Positions 30,642-39,952 of a stretch of 64,000 nucleotides of DNA are shown in pieces; within the stretch, counting starts at the first letter, position 1, and each line of letters starts with the position of its first letter. The notes beneath the pieces were generated by a model. It was not told where the DNA came from, did no database searches, and worked only from the letters and a program-made list of their open reading frames with translations. The stretch covers positions 4,448,001 to 4,512,000 of the forward strand of contig OZ250150.1 in the NCBI GenBank assembly GCA_965237675.1, in the 5' to 3' direction. The translations under genes and the position numbers were made by a program. The stretch comes from Candidatus Latescibacterota bacterium (GTDB lineage Bacteria > Latescibacterota > UBA2968 > GCA-2709665).

Positions 30642-32453
30642 GTGATATGCGATTTCTTTCAATCCGCCCGGCTCGGACCGAAACAGGCGTTCATTATGCT
30701 GCTCCCATTCACGTTGTACGTTGCTGCACCGCGCGCGCAGGAATCGTTGAACCCTGAAACCGCGGAATCGTACCTCGCCGTGTTGCGGGATCTGGAAGGA
30801 CAGGTCATCGACGTCAACAAGGCAAGCCAGCAGGACCTCCAGGCCCTCCCCTGGATTTCGCCGGAAGTCGCGCGTGGGATCATCACCAACCGAAGACGAT
30901 TCGGCCCGTTTCGGAACGTCAACGATCTTCGCAGGGTGCCCGGCGTCACATCGAACGTCCTCGCCGCCGCTCGCCAGTATCTATCGGTATCTTCCTGGCG
31001 AGGTCCGCGCGCCCGGACGCGCCTCCGGATCACACGTCCGTCAAACCAACCCACCGCGTGGGGCAACCTGAGGCTCTACCAGCGGACCGAGGTCGCCACG
31101 CGGCACGCGGAAGGCGTCTTCCTCACGGAACGCGACCCCATGGAAAGCCGGCTGGCGGACTTCCTCAGCGGATACATAAGGGTCTCCTCCATTCCGGGCC
31201 TGCAGCGCCTGCTCGTGGGCGACTTCCGGCCCGGATACGGACAGGGACTCCTTTTCAGCAGGCACAGCCGATCGGCGACCGGCCTCGAGTGGGCCAGGCC
31301 GGCGAACGTCCGACGCGTGGGCTATCGCTCCGCGGTCGAAGACGGCGCCCTCCGCGGCGTCTTTGCCGAAGGCCGGTCCGGCCGCGTCACCTGGACTGCC
31401 ATGTTTTCCCGCAACCGCTGGGATGCCGTCATAGACAGCGCGGGCGTTGCCGCAATCCGTACCGCCGACCTGCATGTCACCCAGACCCAGCAAGAACGCA
31501 GAGGCAAATTGCGAGAAAATCTGGCCGCGCTTCGACCGCACGTCGACCTGCCGGTCGGCCGGATCGCAGCCACGCTCGTCCGAACCACATTTTCGCCCCC
31601 ACGCCAAAGTGTTCGGCGCCAGCATTCCGCCGGTATAGATTGGGACCTGCGTTCGAGCCGTCTGAATTTCTTCGGCGAAATCGCGGCTTCTAACAGAAAC
31701 ACCGCCTGGCTGGCCGGCGCACGATCCGGTCTGGATCGCCTCACTCTGGTGATGCTTGGCCGCTGGTACTCGGCCGGGTTTTCGAGCCTGCGCGGCGGCC
31801 CGTTCTCCGCGTACAGCGGCGGAAACGAGTGGGGTCTTTTCACCGGCGCCGCCTGGCGGGCCGGCCGGCGAACCCGGATTCAGGCTACCCTGGACCGCCA
31901 CGGCCGCATCGCGCCTGAGGGCAAACTCACGTTACCCGCACGTGGAGAAAGATTCTCCCTCGATTTGAGACAACGCCGGAAATACGCCACCATACGGATC
32001 ACGCTGGGCACGCGGCGGCAGACGGTTACGACTTCGGGCGTCACTGGCCTCAGACTCCAGAGGCGCGCCCGACTACGCGTCACCATCCCGCGATCCGTTG
32101 CGCGCCTCAACCTCTGGCTGGAAAGCACCGGCGCCCGCTCCCCGGTTCGCCAGAGCGGGGGCCGCGCCGTTGGCTTCGATCTCCGGCTCCAGCGAAAGTC
32201 CCACCTTCGCGCGAACCTCTGGCTCTCCCTGTTCAACGTCGACCACTTCGATTCACGCATCTACAACTTCGAACCCGATGTCTGGGGAGGCAGCCGGTTG
32301 CAGCTCCTGTCCGGCAGAGGCCGTACGGCTGGCGTCCGGCTCACCTGCGCCGGGTCGCGCCTCCGCGTTTCCACACGATACGCGATTAAGACGACCCAGA
32401 ACGGTCCGTCGAACAGCTGGTCCTTACAATTGGAACTCGGTACGGCCAAATAA
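30642..32453 (+). CDS. ComEA-like helix-hairpin-helix protein with beta-barrel-like C-terminus
   Basis: IDVNKAS..DLQALP, GPF..V.DL.RVPGV, GDF..GYGQGL. Confidence 0.75.
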   Translation: MICDFFQSARLGPKQAFIMLLPFTLYVAAPRAQESLNPETAESYLAVLRDLEGQVIDVNKASQQDLQALPWISPEVARGIITNRRRFGPFRNVNDLRRVPGVTSNVLAAARQYLSVSSWRGPRARTRLRITRPSNQPTAWGNLRLYQRTEVATRHAEGVFLTERDPMESRLADFLSGYIRVSSIPGLQRLLVGDFRPGYGQGLLFSRHSRSATGLEWARPANVRRVGYRSAVEDGALRGVFAEGRSGRVTWTAMFSRNRWDAVIDSAGVAAIRTADLHVTQTQQERRGKLRENLAALRPHVDLPVGRIAATLVRTTFSPPRQSVRRQHSAGIDWDLRSSRLNFFGEIAASNRNTAWLAGARSGLDRLTLVMLGRWYSAGFSSLRGGPFSAYSGGNEWGLFTGAAWRAGRRTRIQATLDRHGRIAPEGKLTLPARGERFSLDLRQRRKYATIRITLGTRRQTVTTSGVTGLRLQRRARLRVTIPRSVARLNLWLESTGARSPVRQSGGRAVGFDLRLQRKSHLRANLWLSLFNVDHFDSRIYNFEPDVWGGSRLQLLSGRGRTAGVRLTCAGSRLRVSTRYAIKTTQNGPSNSWSLQLELGTAK

Positions 32454-32665
32454 CACCCTCCAGCGCGGCCCTCGACCCACAGGAGCCCACCCGCCAGGTT
32501 CTCGAGATCTCGATCCGCCCCCGACGCGGACGCCATCTCACCTGTTACCCGATGGTACACGGCCGTTGAATCCGAGCGCCATTTTTCCCTTTCTGATGTC
32601 CGATTTTTTCCTTATTTTGCCCACCGATTCGTCGTGTCTATTTCACGACAAAAAGGAGGGTTTAG

Positions 32666-32945
32666 ACGAACGCCATAGCGCTGCTCGATGAATTCATCGG
32701 CACGGTCGCACTGGTTTTTGTGGGCGTAGGCGCCATAGCGGCAGACCATATTACCAATGGGGCCTCCGGCCTCACCGGAATCGCCCTTGCCCATGGTATC
32801 CCACTCGACGTGATGGTCAGCGCCACGGGAGCCATCAGCGGCGGCCACGTGAACCCCGCACGCCACCTCGGCCTTTCCCTGCCCGGCGGAGGGTTGGAGA
32901 ACCTCTGGGTTTACTGGGTTGGCCCTCTGCCGGGAGGCGCCTGGC
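32666..32945 (+). pseudogene. Aquaporin/MIP pseudogene with internal NPA-to-NPA deletion
   Basis: EFIGT..LVFVG, IALAHG, ISGGHVNPA runs directly into RHLG...LWVYWVGP; ACG sits where ATG is expected after AGGAGG. Confidence 0.8.
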
Positions 32946-33129
32946 AGGCATCGTTTACGCCAGGGTGCTGGAGGAATAAACAGACGCCCGCGGCGCGCTC
33001 GATTTTTGTTTCTTGCGATCGGCGGGCGCGTCTCACATGGACGCGTATCGCCAGAAGCCAATTGCCGGCAGCGATGCATGTCCGCCCGCCGGCAATTTCA
33101 CTTCCTTCGAAACCGTATCCAAAATCACG

Positions 33130-34167
33130 ATGTCAGACGTCCTCAGACAATTCTGGAAATCCGGTGTCGTCCTCGGTGTGCTGATCCTGGCCGGTTGCGA
33201 CCCCCGGCTGCCCGAGTCGGTCGGACCGGCGCAGGAGATCCTGGTCCTGATTGACCCGGCCGACCGGGAAAGCCTGGAATCGCACTTGAAAGAGGTATTT
33301 GAGAGAGTTCTCTATACACCACAGGAAGAGAAACTCTTCTGGCTGAAGTTCGGAAACTTGGCCGATTTCGAAAGGTACGAGAACAAGAGGCGAAAGAACA
33401 TCCTGATTGTGGCCACATTGGACGATCCGCACCCCACCGCTGCCTTTCTGAGGAACATTCTGAGTCCCGACGTGCAAGATGCCGTGCGCCGGAACCGGTC
33501 CGCCGTATTCTGGAAAGAGGACATCTGGGCAAAGGAACAACTCCTCATGGCGGTCTCGGGCAACGACCGCGCGGGCCTCGTGGAAAACCTTCGGATGGAA
33601 ACGGACCGGCTCTACGATCGGGTCGAGGCGGCGCGCAACAAGCGGATTCGCCAGTTGATCTATCGATATGGCGAACGGAAGGACGTTACGGAGCGCTTAG
33701 GCCGCGAATTCGGTTGGGAGGTGCGCGTCGCCTTCGGGTACCGCATCCTGGAGGCCGATCCCGACAGTGGATTTGTCGTCTTGACCAAGGAGGAACCCAA
33801 CCGGTGGCTGTTTGTCTACTGGGAGGACGGTATTGCCCCCGACCTGCTCTCAGATGAATGGTGCATCCGGAAACGCGACAATATCACGCAGAGGTTTTTC
33901 GATCAGGACCGGATTGCACAGGACTACCTGGAAATTGGCCAGGCCGAGTTCGCGGGCAACCTGGCGTTTGTCCTGCAGGGCCTGTGGGAGAACAAAAGAA
34001 AATGGGCCGGGGGCCCATTCAAGAGTTACGCGTTTGTGGATGTGGAAACCAATCGGTTTTTCTACATCGACTGCGGGGTTTATTCGCCAAATAAGCGCAA
34101 AGAACCCTATCTTCGCCAGATCGACCTCATGGCCCAGACTTTCAACCAGGTGGATTCGACGCCCTGA
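33130..34167 (+). CDS. DUF4837-like lipoprotein
   Basis: Lipobox LAGC; TPQEE..F, D.WAK.Q, GLWE....GGPF.SY, YSPN..K. Confidence 0.7.
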   Translation: MSDVLRQFWKSGVVLGVLILAGCDPRLPESVGPAQEILVLIDPADRESLESHLKEVFERVLYTPQEEKLFWLKFGNLADFERYENKRRKNILIVATLDDPHPTAAFLRNILSPDVQDAVRRNRSAVFWKEDIWAKEQLLMAVSGNDRAGLVENLRMETDRLYDRVEAARNKRIRQLIYRYGERKDVTERLGREFGWEVRVAFGYRILEADPDSGFVVLTKEEPNRWLFVYWEDGIAPDLLSDEWCIRKRDNITQRFFDQDRIAQDYLEIGQAEFAGNLAFVLQGLWENKRKWAGGPFKSYAFVDVETNRFFYIDCGVYSPNKRKEPYLRQIDLMAQTFNQVDSTP

Positions 34168-34253
34168 GCCTTGATTTTCATTCGAGAAGAAGGTATAATT
34201 CGGGACGGGAAATAACCAATCGGACGTCGCACATCCTGCGGAGACGGGGATCG

Positions 34254-34964
34254 ATGGGTAAGCAAGATCGACTTTCGAATCTGGGCAAACGCGCACGCAT
34301 GAGTTTTCGCGGCACCCTGCTTGCGGGGATCGCGCTCCTTGTGCCGGTAGCGGTCACTTTTATCGTCCTGCAGATCGTCTTTCAGTGGCTCGACGGCCTG
34401 GCCCAGCCAATGGTCAAGCGCATTTTTCAGACCAAAGACGATGTCTTCGGACTGGGCCTGGTCCTGACGCTCATCCTGATCTGGCTGGCCGGTTTGCTGG
34501 CCAGCAATGTATTTGGCAAACGCCTCATCGGCATAGGAGACGTTCTGATCAAACGTCTTCCGGTCATCGGCAGCATCTACGGTCCGGTAAAACAATTCAT
34601 TGAATCGGTTGTTTCACCGAACGAAGACAGGGGTTTCAACCGGGTCGTGCTCGCGGAATACCCCACCGAAGGGCTGTGGATTCTGGGTTTTGCAACCGGA
34701 GATATTACGATGGACGCGGAAGGCCAAATGGGTTGTTGCGTGTTTATTCCAACTTCACCCAATCCCGCCACCGGCTGGACGGTGGTGTTCCCGCCGGAAA
34801 AAGTACGGAAGGTATCGCTCACGGTCGAAGAGGCGATGCAGATGATCGTCTCAGCCGGAGTTGTCATTCCGGATGCGCTGAAAGTCACGTCCGTGGATAA
34901 GCCCGCCAACCCGCTTCTGAACCTGCCCACGGTTGCCGACCAATCCGACCAGGCACACACATAG
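34254..34964 (+). CDS. DUF502 family membrane protein
   Basis: LPVIGSIY, VLAEYP, FIPTSPNPATG, VSAG. Confidence 0.85.
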   Translation: MGKQDRLSNLGKRARMSFRGTLLAGIALLVPVAVTFIVLQIVFQWLDGLAQPMVKRIFQTKDDVFGLGLVLTLILIWLAGLLASNVFGKRLIGIGDVLIKRLPVIGSIYGPVKQFIESVVSPNEDRGFNRVVLAEYPTEGLWILGFATGDITMDAEGQMGCCVFIPTSPNPATGWTVVFPPEKVRKVSLTVEEAMQMIVSAGVVIPDALKVTSVDKPANPLLNLPTVADQSDQAHT

Positions 34965-35084
34965 AGACGAGCCGCGGTGTTTGAACCGCTGGCTGGAAGT
35001 CACCGGGGTCGGTTACCGGCAGACGCGCCCGCCCGAATGGCTCGCCCCCGCGAAGGCGGTCGCGCCGGGCACCAAACATGTGCG

Positions 35085-35492
35085 TCAGGTCTCGAAATCT
35101 TCCACGTCTTCGAACCCCTCCGGGCCGCCGCCGTCGTTCCGAATCAGCGCCAGAATGGAGTTGTGCGGAATAATCAGGTACTTGTCACCCTCGAACTTGA
35201 TCTCCATCGCCATCTTTTTCAGGAATAGGGCATAGTCGCCAACCTGGGCCTGCATCGGCAGGTACTTGGGTTGGTCGGGTACGCTCCTCCGCCATGGCTC
35301 ATCGTCTCCGTCGTGAGGCTGCGGAAGCGGCATCCCTGGGCCCGTCAGTATGATCCGCCCGCCCTGAACCTCCTCCTTTTCGACAACCGTCTGCGGTAAA
35401 TACAGGCCCACCTCGGTACGTTCCTGGAGGTCCTCCTGTTTGACCAGGACCCGATCGCCCACAATAATCAGTTGTTTATTTCCCATTTTCAT
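35085..35492 (-). CDS. GroES-family co-chaperonin (stand-alone paralog)
   Basis: GDRVLVK, GLYLP, GPG, VGD; no adjacent groEL. Confidence 0.8.
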   Translation of the reverse strand: MKMGNKQLIIVGDRVLVKQEDLQERTEVGLYLPQTVVEKEEVQGGRIILTGPGMPLPQPHDGDDEPWRRSVPDQPKYLPMQAQVGDYALFLKKMAMEIKFEGDKYLIIPHNSILALIRNDGGGPEGFEDVEDFET

Positions 35493-35526
35493 AGGACAGT
35501 CCTCTGTAGCGTCGGTATCGTGTGAG

Positions 35527-35612
35527 TGCCGGAGGCCGGACTCGAACCGGCACGGGCTTATCGGCCCGGGGGATTTTAAGTCCCCTATGTCTACCAATTC
35601 CATCACTCCGGC
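35527..35612 (-). tRNA. tRNA-Leu(TAA)
   Basis: GCCGGAG acceptor stem, GGGGA-CTTAAAA-TCCCC anticodon arm, long variable arm, GTTCGAG T-loop. Confidence 0.95.
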
Positions 35613-35622
35613 ACCGTATTCG

Positions 35623-35651
35623 AAAATAGCTAACGGCCCGCGCGTTGTCAA
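35623..35651 (-). promoter_or_regulatory. tRNA-Leu promoter
   Basis: TTGACA-17-TATTTT. Confidence 0.65.
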
Positions 35652-35730
35652 GTGGGATTATCCGTTCATCCTACTCCCAAAAAAAACAACGACTAATCTT
35701 TATAAGACAGTCGTGTAACCACCGTTCAAA

Positions 35731-35805
35731 TGGAGGCGGCGGGCGGATTCGAACCGCCGAATCGGGGCTTTGCAGGCCCTTGCCTTACCACTTGGCCACG
35801 CCGCC
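35731..35805 (-). tRNA. tRNA-Cys(GCA)
   Basis: GGCGGCG acceptor stem, CTGCAAA anticodon loop, GTTCGAATC, encoded CCA. Confidence 0.95.
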
Positions 35806-35820
35806 TCGCTCTAAGAATTG

Positions 35821-35849
35821 AAAATACAATACCTGCGCCCCCTTGTCAA
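35821..35849 (-). promoter_or_regulatory. tRNA-Cys promoter
   Basis: TTGACA-17-TATTTT. Confidence 0.65.
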
Positions 35850-35884
35850 GCCTCTCGCACACGTCATCGGGAATTCCGTCCCGC

Positions 35885-36529
35885 TTACCGGCTCGCCCAT
35901 ACCATCCCCCGCCTCTGAATCTCGCGCGCTTCCGGCACCCTGAAATCCCGTGCCACGTGCCCAAGTGATGAGTAGAACACCCGCCCCCCGCCCCACATCC
36001 GCTTCCAGACGACCGGCATCACGCACCCGTTCACCCAGGGCGCCACCGTGGTCTGGAATGTCGTCGTCGCCAACACGCGGTTGGACGGATCCACGTGCAT
36101 ATAGTACTGCTCCGAATGCATCTTGAAATCCTGAATCCCGAGGGTAATCGGATCTTCACGATCCACGACGTTCACCTCGTAGTCGATCACGCCGCCGGGA
36201 TGCGCCACCCACTGGCCGCCAACCATAAATTGATATTCCGTATGTTCGCGGAATGCATCCGCCATTCCTCCGTGCCATCCGGCAATGCCCACGCCACCCC
36301 TGATGGCTGCCAGCAGGCCCTTCGCCGGATCCCTTTCGATGGCGCCCATCGTCCAGACCGGTACGACAAGACTCAACTCCGCCATCCGTTCCGCGTCCAG
36401 ATACACGTCCATTGTATCCGACAGCGTCACGTCGAAACCCTCGTCGGCCAGGATCGGCGCGAAGATGTCCACGCACTGTCTGGGTTCGTGCCCCTGCCAG
36501 CCGCCATATACCATCAACGCTTTCTTCAT
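35885..36529 (-). CDS. ThuA domain protein
   Basis: [33 protein letters not shown]. Confidence 0.88.
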   Translation of the reverse strand: MKKALMVYGGWQGHEPRQCVDIFAPILADEGFDVTLSDTMDVYLDAERMAELSLVVPVWTMGAIERDPAKGLLAAIRGGVGIAGWHGGMADAFREHTEYQFMVGGQWVAHPGGVIDYEVNVVDREDPITLGIQDFKMHSEQYYMHVDPSNRVLATTTFQTTVAPWVNGCVMPVVWKRMWGGGRVFYSSLGHVARDFRVPEAREIQRRGMVWASR

Positions 36530-36605
36530 GTTGCCCCTCTCGTTATCACGTTTGAAGAAGCCATACCCGTTGTCAACCGACGATGCCCCGCGTCGCGGTT
36601 ACGCT

Positions 36606-36962
36606 TTACTCCAGAGCGCGGCGCCAGGCGTCTTCCCTGAATCCAACGAGACCGGCATCCTGCGTCAGCAGAAAGGGCCGCTTGACCAACATCCCGTTTT
36701 GCGACAGGAGGCCCACGGCTTCCTCGGTAGTCATTGTGTCCAGGCGATCCTTCATCTTCAATTTTCGATACAGCTGACCCGAAGTGTTGAAGAGCTTCCT
36801 GATATCGCCGTTGTAGTGGTTGAGCATGGCCCACAATTCCGGCTCCGAGGGCGGGGTTTCCGTGATTTCACGTGACTTGTATTCGATGCCCAGATCGTCC
36901 AGGAATTTGATCGCCTTGCGACAGGTACCGCATTTGGTATACTGATAAACCTCCACGGCCAT
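36606..36962 (-). CDS. ArsC/Spx-family protein
   Basis: KCGTCRKA, FNTSG..YR, LVKRP. Confidence 0.9.
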   Translation of the reverse strand: MAVEVYQYTKCGTCRKAIKFLDDLGIEYKSREITETPPSEPELWAMLNHYNGDIRKLFNTSGQLYRKLKMKDRLDTMTTEEAVGLLSQNGMLVKRPFLLTQDAGLVGFREDAWRRALE

Positions 36963-37041
36963 GGTGAATTTCCTTTGTGAATTGAGAACGAGCGCCTCAG
37001 GGGTCGGGGCCGCCAGGTCGTAGATTGTCTTCCGGTCCCGA

Positions 37042-38289
37042 TCAGGACCAGCCGCGCACCATGTACGCCTGGAGTGCGCCGCTTTCGTCGGAATTGAAGA
37101 AGCCGGAAAGTCCGTCCGGCGCCAGGAAGGGGTGGATGTGGGTATCCTTTCGCCACGACGACCCGGGACTCGCGACCTTCGTTGCACTCGACAACGCGCC
37201 GTGCGCCTCGCCGGGCAGATCGAACAGCCATACCGCGCCGCCCCCGTCCCTCGGGCCTGCGTCCGTAATCAGGCGGTTACCGTCGACGTCCGTGGCGAAA
37301 TGGTAAAAATCCGGCGCGTCGACGGCGCGGGACAGGTCGTTGCGCCATCCCTCGGGAGTCCGGCTGCCGCAGTGGCCGGCGTGCGACGCCGCCCGACCGG
37401 AAATGAGCTGCCTTTCGTCCGGTTGGCGCGTGGACGTGCTCGTGATCGCAATATCGGACTGACCCTGCCAGCATTGGTGCCCCTGGCAGAACTCGTTCCC
37501 GTCCCGGCCCCACGGAAAGTCCCGGAGCGCCGTTCCATCGTCCCGGATCAGGTGGATATCGGCGCCCCGTCCGCTGACGAGTTTTTCCAGCCTGCCATCG
37601 GGGGACGTGACGTTTCCGTGGTTCTCCTGAATCATGATGTCGCGGGAGGCGTCCGGCTCGGTCTGCCGCGTGTACTGGGGGTGGATATTGCACCAGGTCG
37701 GGCCGTGAAAGACCAACCGTACGGATGGCTCGTCGATCTCGAAGACAAGCAGGCCCCACGGCGCGCCTTCGGTTTGGCCGTCGCCCAGGAATCCGGATAT
37801 GGCGATTCGCCTGCCGTCGGATGAAATGGTCGAGAGCGGATACGGACGGCTGAGCCGGAAATCCGTGCCCGGGACGGCGTGATCCAGGACATAGATCACC
37901 TCGCGGTCCGACCCGTCCAGTCTCACCCGTTTGAGCGTGAGCGGCCCCGGGTGCGCGGGGTCCGTTTCATCGACGAAGTAGTAGAGCCAGTCGCCGTCGG
38001 GTGAGATGGAGGGCGCGGTCGTTCCCAGTTCGGTCGTGAGGGGCGCCATACGGCAGTGATCTTCCACGTCGCAAATGAGATACCTGTGTTCAGGGTCCAC
38101 GGGGTCGGAGCCATGCGGATGCGCGGAGCGGTGGAGAACCAGTCGCCGCGAATCGGGCGTGAAAATCTGCGCTTCCATGTAAATGTGCGACGACGGAATC
38201 GACTCATCCGTAAGCTGGATGACCTCCAGGTTGTCCCTCTCGGCCCGGGGAACGAGTTCAGGTCTGATTTTCAAAAAACTACCCCCCAT
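37042..38289 (-). CDS. Oligogalacturonate-lyase-like/TolB-type beta-propeller protein
   Basis: QLT...HIYME...FTPD, HIHP...PDG...FNSD.SG. Confidence 0.65.
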   Translation of the reverse strand: MGGSFLKIRPELVPRAERDNLEVIQLTDESIPSSHIYMEAQIFTPDSRRLVLHRSAHPHGSDPVDPEHRYLICDVEDHCRMAPLTTELGTTAPSISPDGDWLYYFVDETDPAHPGPLTLKRVRLDGSDREVIYVLDHAVPGTDFRLSRPYPLSTISSDGRRIAISGFLGDGQTEGAPWGLLVFEIDEPSVRLVFHGPTWCNIHPQYTRQTEPDASRDIMIQENHGNVTSPDGRLEKLVSGRGADIHLIRDDGTALRDFPWGRDGNEFCQGHQCWQGQSDIAITSTSTRQPDERQLISGRAASHAGHCGSRTPEGWRNDLSRAVDAPDFYHFATDVDGNRLITDAGPRDGGGAVWLFDLPGEAHGALSSATKVASPGSSWRKDTHIHPFLAPDGLSGFFNSDESGALQAYMVRGWS

Positions 38290-38485
38290 TACTACCCTTA
38301 TTCCCGATAAAACGCCAGCGCGCACCCGGCCCTCGCCCGCTGCAAGCCACATCGCCGGAATTCTTTAGCTTCGCCAGGAGGGTGCGAATCCACTCGCGGC
38401 CAACGCCGGGGCAGTCGCGTTCCAGGTCGCTCAGGCGGAATTCGCCCGACTGGGCGCGGATGGCGGCGAGTACATTGATGAGCAT
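38279..38485 (-). pseudogene. C-terminal winged-helix remnant of a Fic-family gene
   Basis: EFRLSDLERDCPGVGREWIRTLL...GRGPGARW resembles Fic C-termini; no Fic HPFxDGNGR motif. Confidence 0.5.
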
Positions 38486-38905
38486 TTATGGTGAGCGCCG
38501 CTTGAACTGCCAGCGTTTTACGTCCTCAAATCGGTCAAAGTCCTTGTCAAATGTCGCCACATGGTCGCCGGATGCCGCAGCCAAGGCAGCCAGGTAGCAA
38601 TCCAGAAAGTCGCACTTGGTCGTCTCAAATCGATACAAAGCATCGAGCATTTCATCTCGCTTCATACAGCGTATGCCGGCACTGATGATGACCTTACGCA
38701 GCCCTTCGGCAATCTGTTCGCGCTCGGTTTTGTAGAAGGAATTGAGCACCCACACCGCTTCTGCAACAGTCACTTCGGTTAATATCAGCACACATTTTCC
38801 ATCGCAAGCGTCCGAAAACAGTGCCCGAGCGGCCGGGGAGTGCTGAGCATCGTCTCCGCGCAGAAAACGGAGGAGGACGTTGGCGTCTAAAAGATACTTG
38901 ATCAT
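38486..38905 (-). CDS. PIN-domain (VapC) toxin
   Basis: LLDANVLLR, E..WVL, DFLD, ATFDKDF. Confidence 0.9.
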   Translation of the reverse strand: MIKYLLDANVLLRFLRGDDAQHSPAARALFSDACDGKCVLILTEVTVAEAVWVLNSFYKTEREQIAEGLRKVIISAGIRCMKRDEMLDALYRFETTKCDFLDCYLAALAAASGDHVATFDKDFDRFEDVKRWQFKRRSP

Positions 38906-39144
38906 TCGTATCTGGCCGCTCTTTCCTGGCGCGCGGCTTCTCGTTCCTCGGATTTGGACGCAGAGGGCTTGCCATCTGCAAGACAGCCATATAAGTCCTT
39001 GAGCGTTTCGGGCTGGGGCTTCACCAAAACGGCGCCGTCAGCCAACTCATAGATGAGCTGCTGCCGAGGCTTGAGGTGGAGTGCCTTGCGGACTTCGGCC
39101 GGGATGGTGGTTTGCCATTTATCGGTTAGAGTTGACTTAATCAC
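38902..39144 (-). CDS. AbrB/MazE-family antitoxin
   Basis: STLTDKWQTTIPAEVRKALHL; ATGA overlap with the toxin; GTG start after GGAGA. Confidence 0.85.
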   Translation of the reverse strand: MIKSTLTDKWQTTIPAEVRKALHLKPRQQLIYELADGAVLVKPQPETLKDLYGCLADGKPSASKSEEREAARQERAARYE

Positions 39145-39364
39145 CTTCCATCTCCTTTTCATTGTTTTTTTGAATCCATTGTGATAAATATAACAATGCA
39201 AATTCAAATCCGCAAGGCGTCCGGATACTCCCGGATAGCCTCAATCGTAGATTCCGTTTCGCTGTGACCGGTGCGGGCGGCCGGTTTTTGTAGCCGTTGT
39301 CCGTGCAATCGTCAGGATCAGGATCTAAAGGTGAACAGCCGCCTGTGCAATGATCGCTTTCAGT

Positions 39365-39952
39365 TCAACGACGACGCGATCCAACGAGACTCTTGAATTG
39401 CAGGACGCCTTTGGCCGGAGCGTTGATCTTCAGCATACGTTCCGGACTGTCGTTGGAACCGGATTTCGGTGAATTTCGTGTTTCTTTTTTGTTGATTCCG
39501 ATATTTTTGACGCTGACGAAACGTTGCTGATAGTTCTTTTTTTCTAGGAATCTCGACTCTTGCCAGAATTCTTGACCGATGGCGCGGCAGTAGGCAACAA
39601 CGCACTGTGCCCCTCTCAGTTGATTCTCGATTTCACTGACCAAACCTGTATTTCCGCGTTTCATCTCTATATATACAATCCAGTTTACATTCTTGTCACT
39701 AGCGATAAGCACATAATCGGCCCGTTTGCATTCTCCCTTGGTGTCTCTGAAAATCCCATCTGGAGGCGGAAAAGCATCAGCTTTGAATGCGAAAATTTCG
39801 TCCGGCAAGTTGCAAATCTTTAGGGAATATGCCGGTTGGTGTCGGTTGCCAGGTTCCTGAAGAACGATAACCTCTTTTCCATATTGATACTCGACCGAGG
39901 CCATTGTCTCATTCCGGATCAAATCTCGCAAAATATCAATGTCGCAAATCAT
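39365..39952 (-). CDS. Hypothetical protein with PD-(D/E)xK-like nuclease motif
   Basis: KRADYVLI...YIEMK...NQL; coupled by ATGA overlap to the upstream ATPase. Confidence 0.6.
   Translation of the reverse strand: MICDIDILRDLIRNETMASVEYQYGKEVIVLQEPGNRHQPAYSLKICNLPDEIFAFKADAFPPPDGIFRDTKGECKRADYVLIASDKNVNWIVYIEMKRGNTGLVSEIENQLRGAQCVVAYCRAIGQEFWQESRFLEKKNYQQRFVSVKNIGINKKETRNSPKSGSNDSPERMLKINAPAKGVLQFKSLVGSRRR

Noticed and set aside
35493-35918. ORF extensions over 35493-35651 and the ORF at 35730-35918
   Set aside because: They overlap the tRNA genes
35527-38279. tRNA-Leu/Cys as the integration site of the defence island
   Set aside because: Three ordinary genes intervene; I saw no duplicated tRNA 3' end and no integrase
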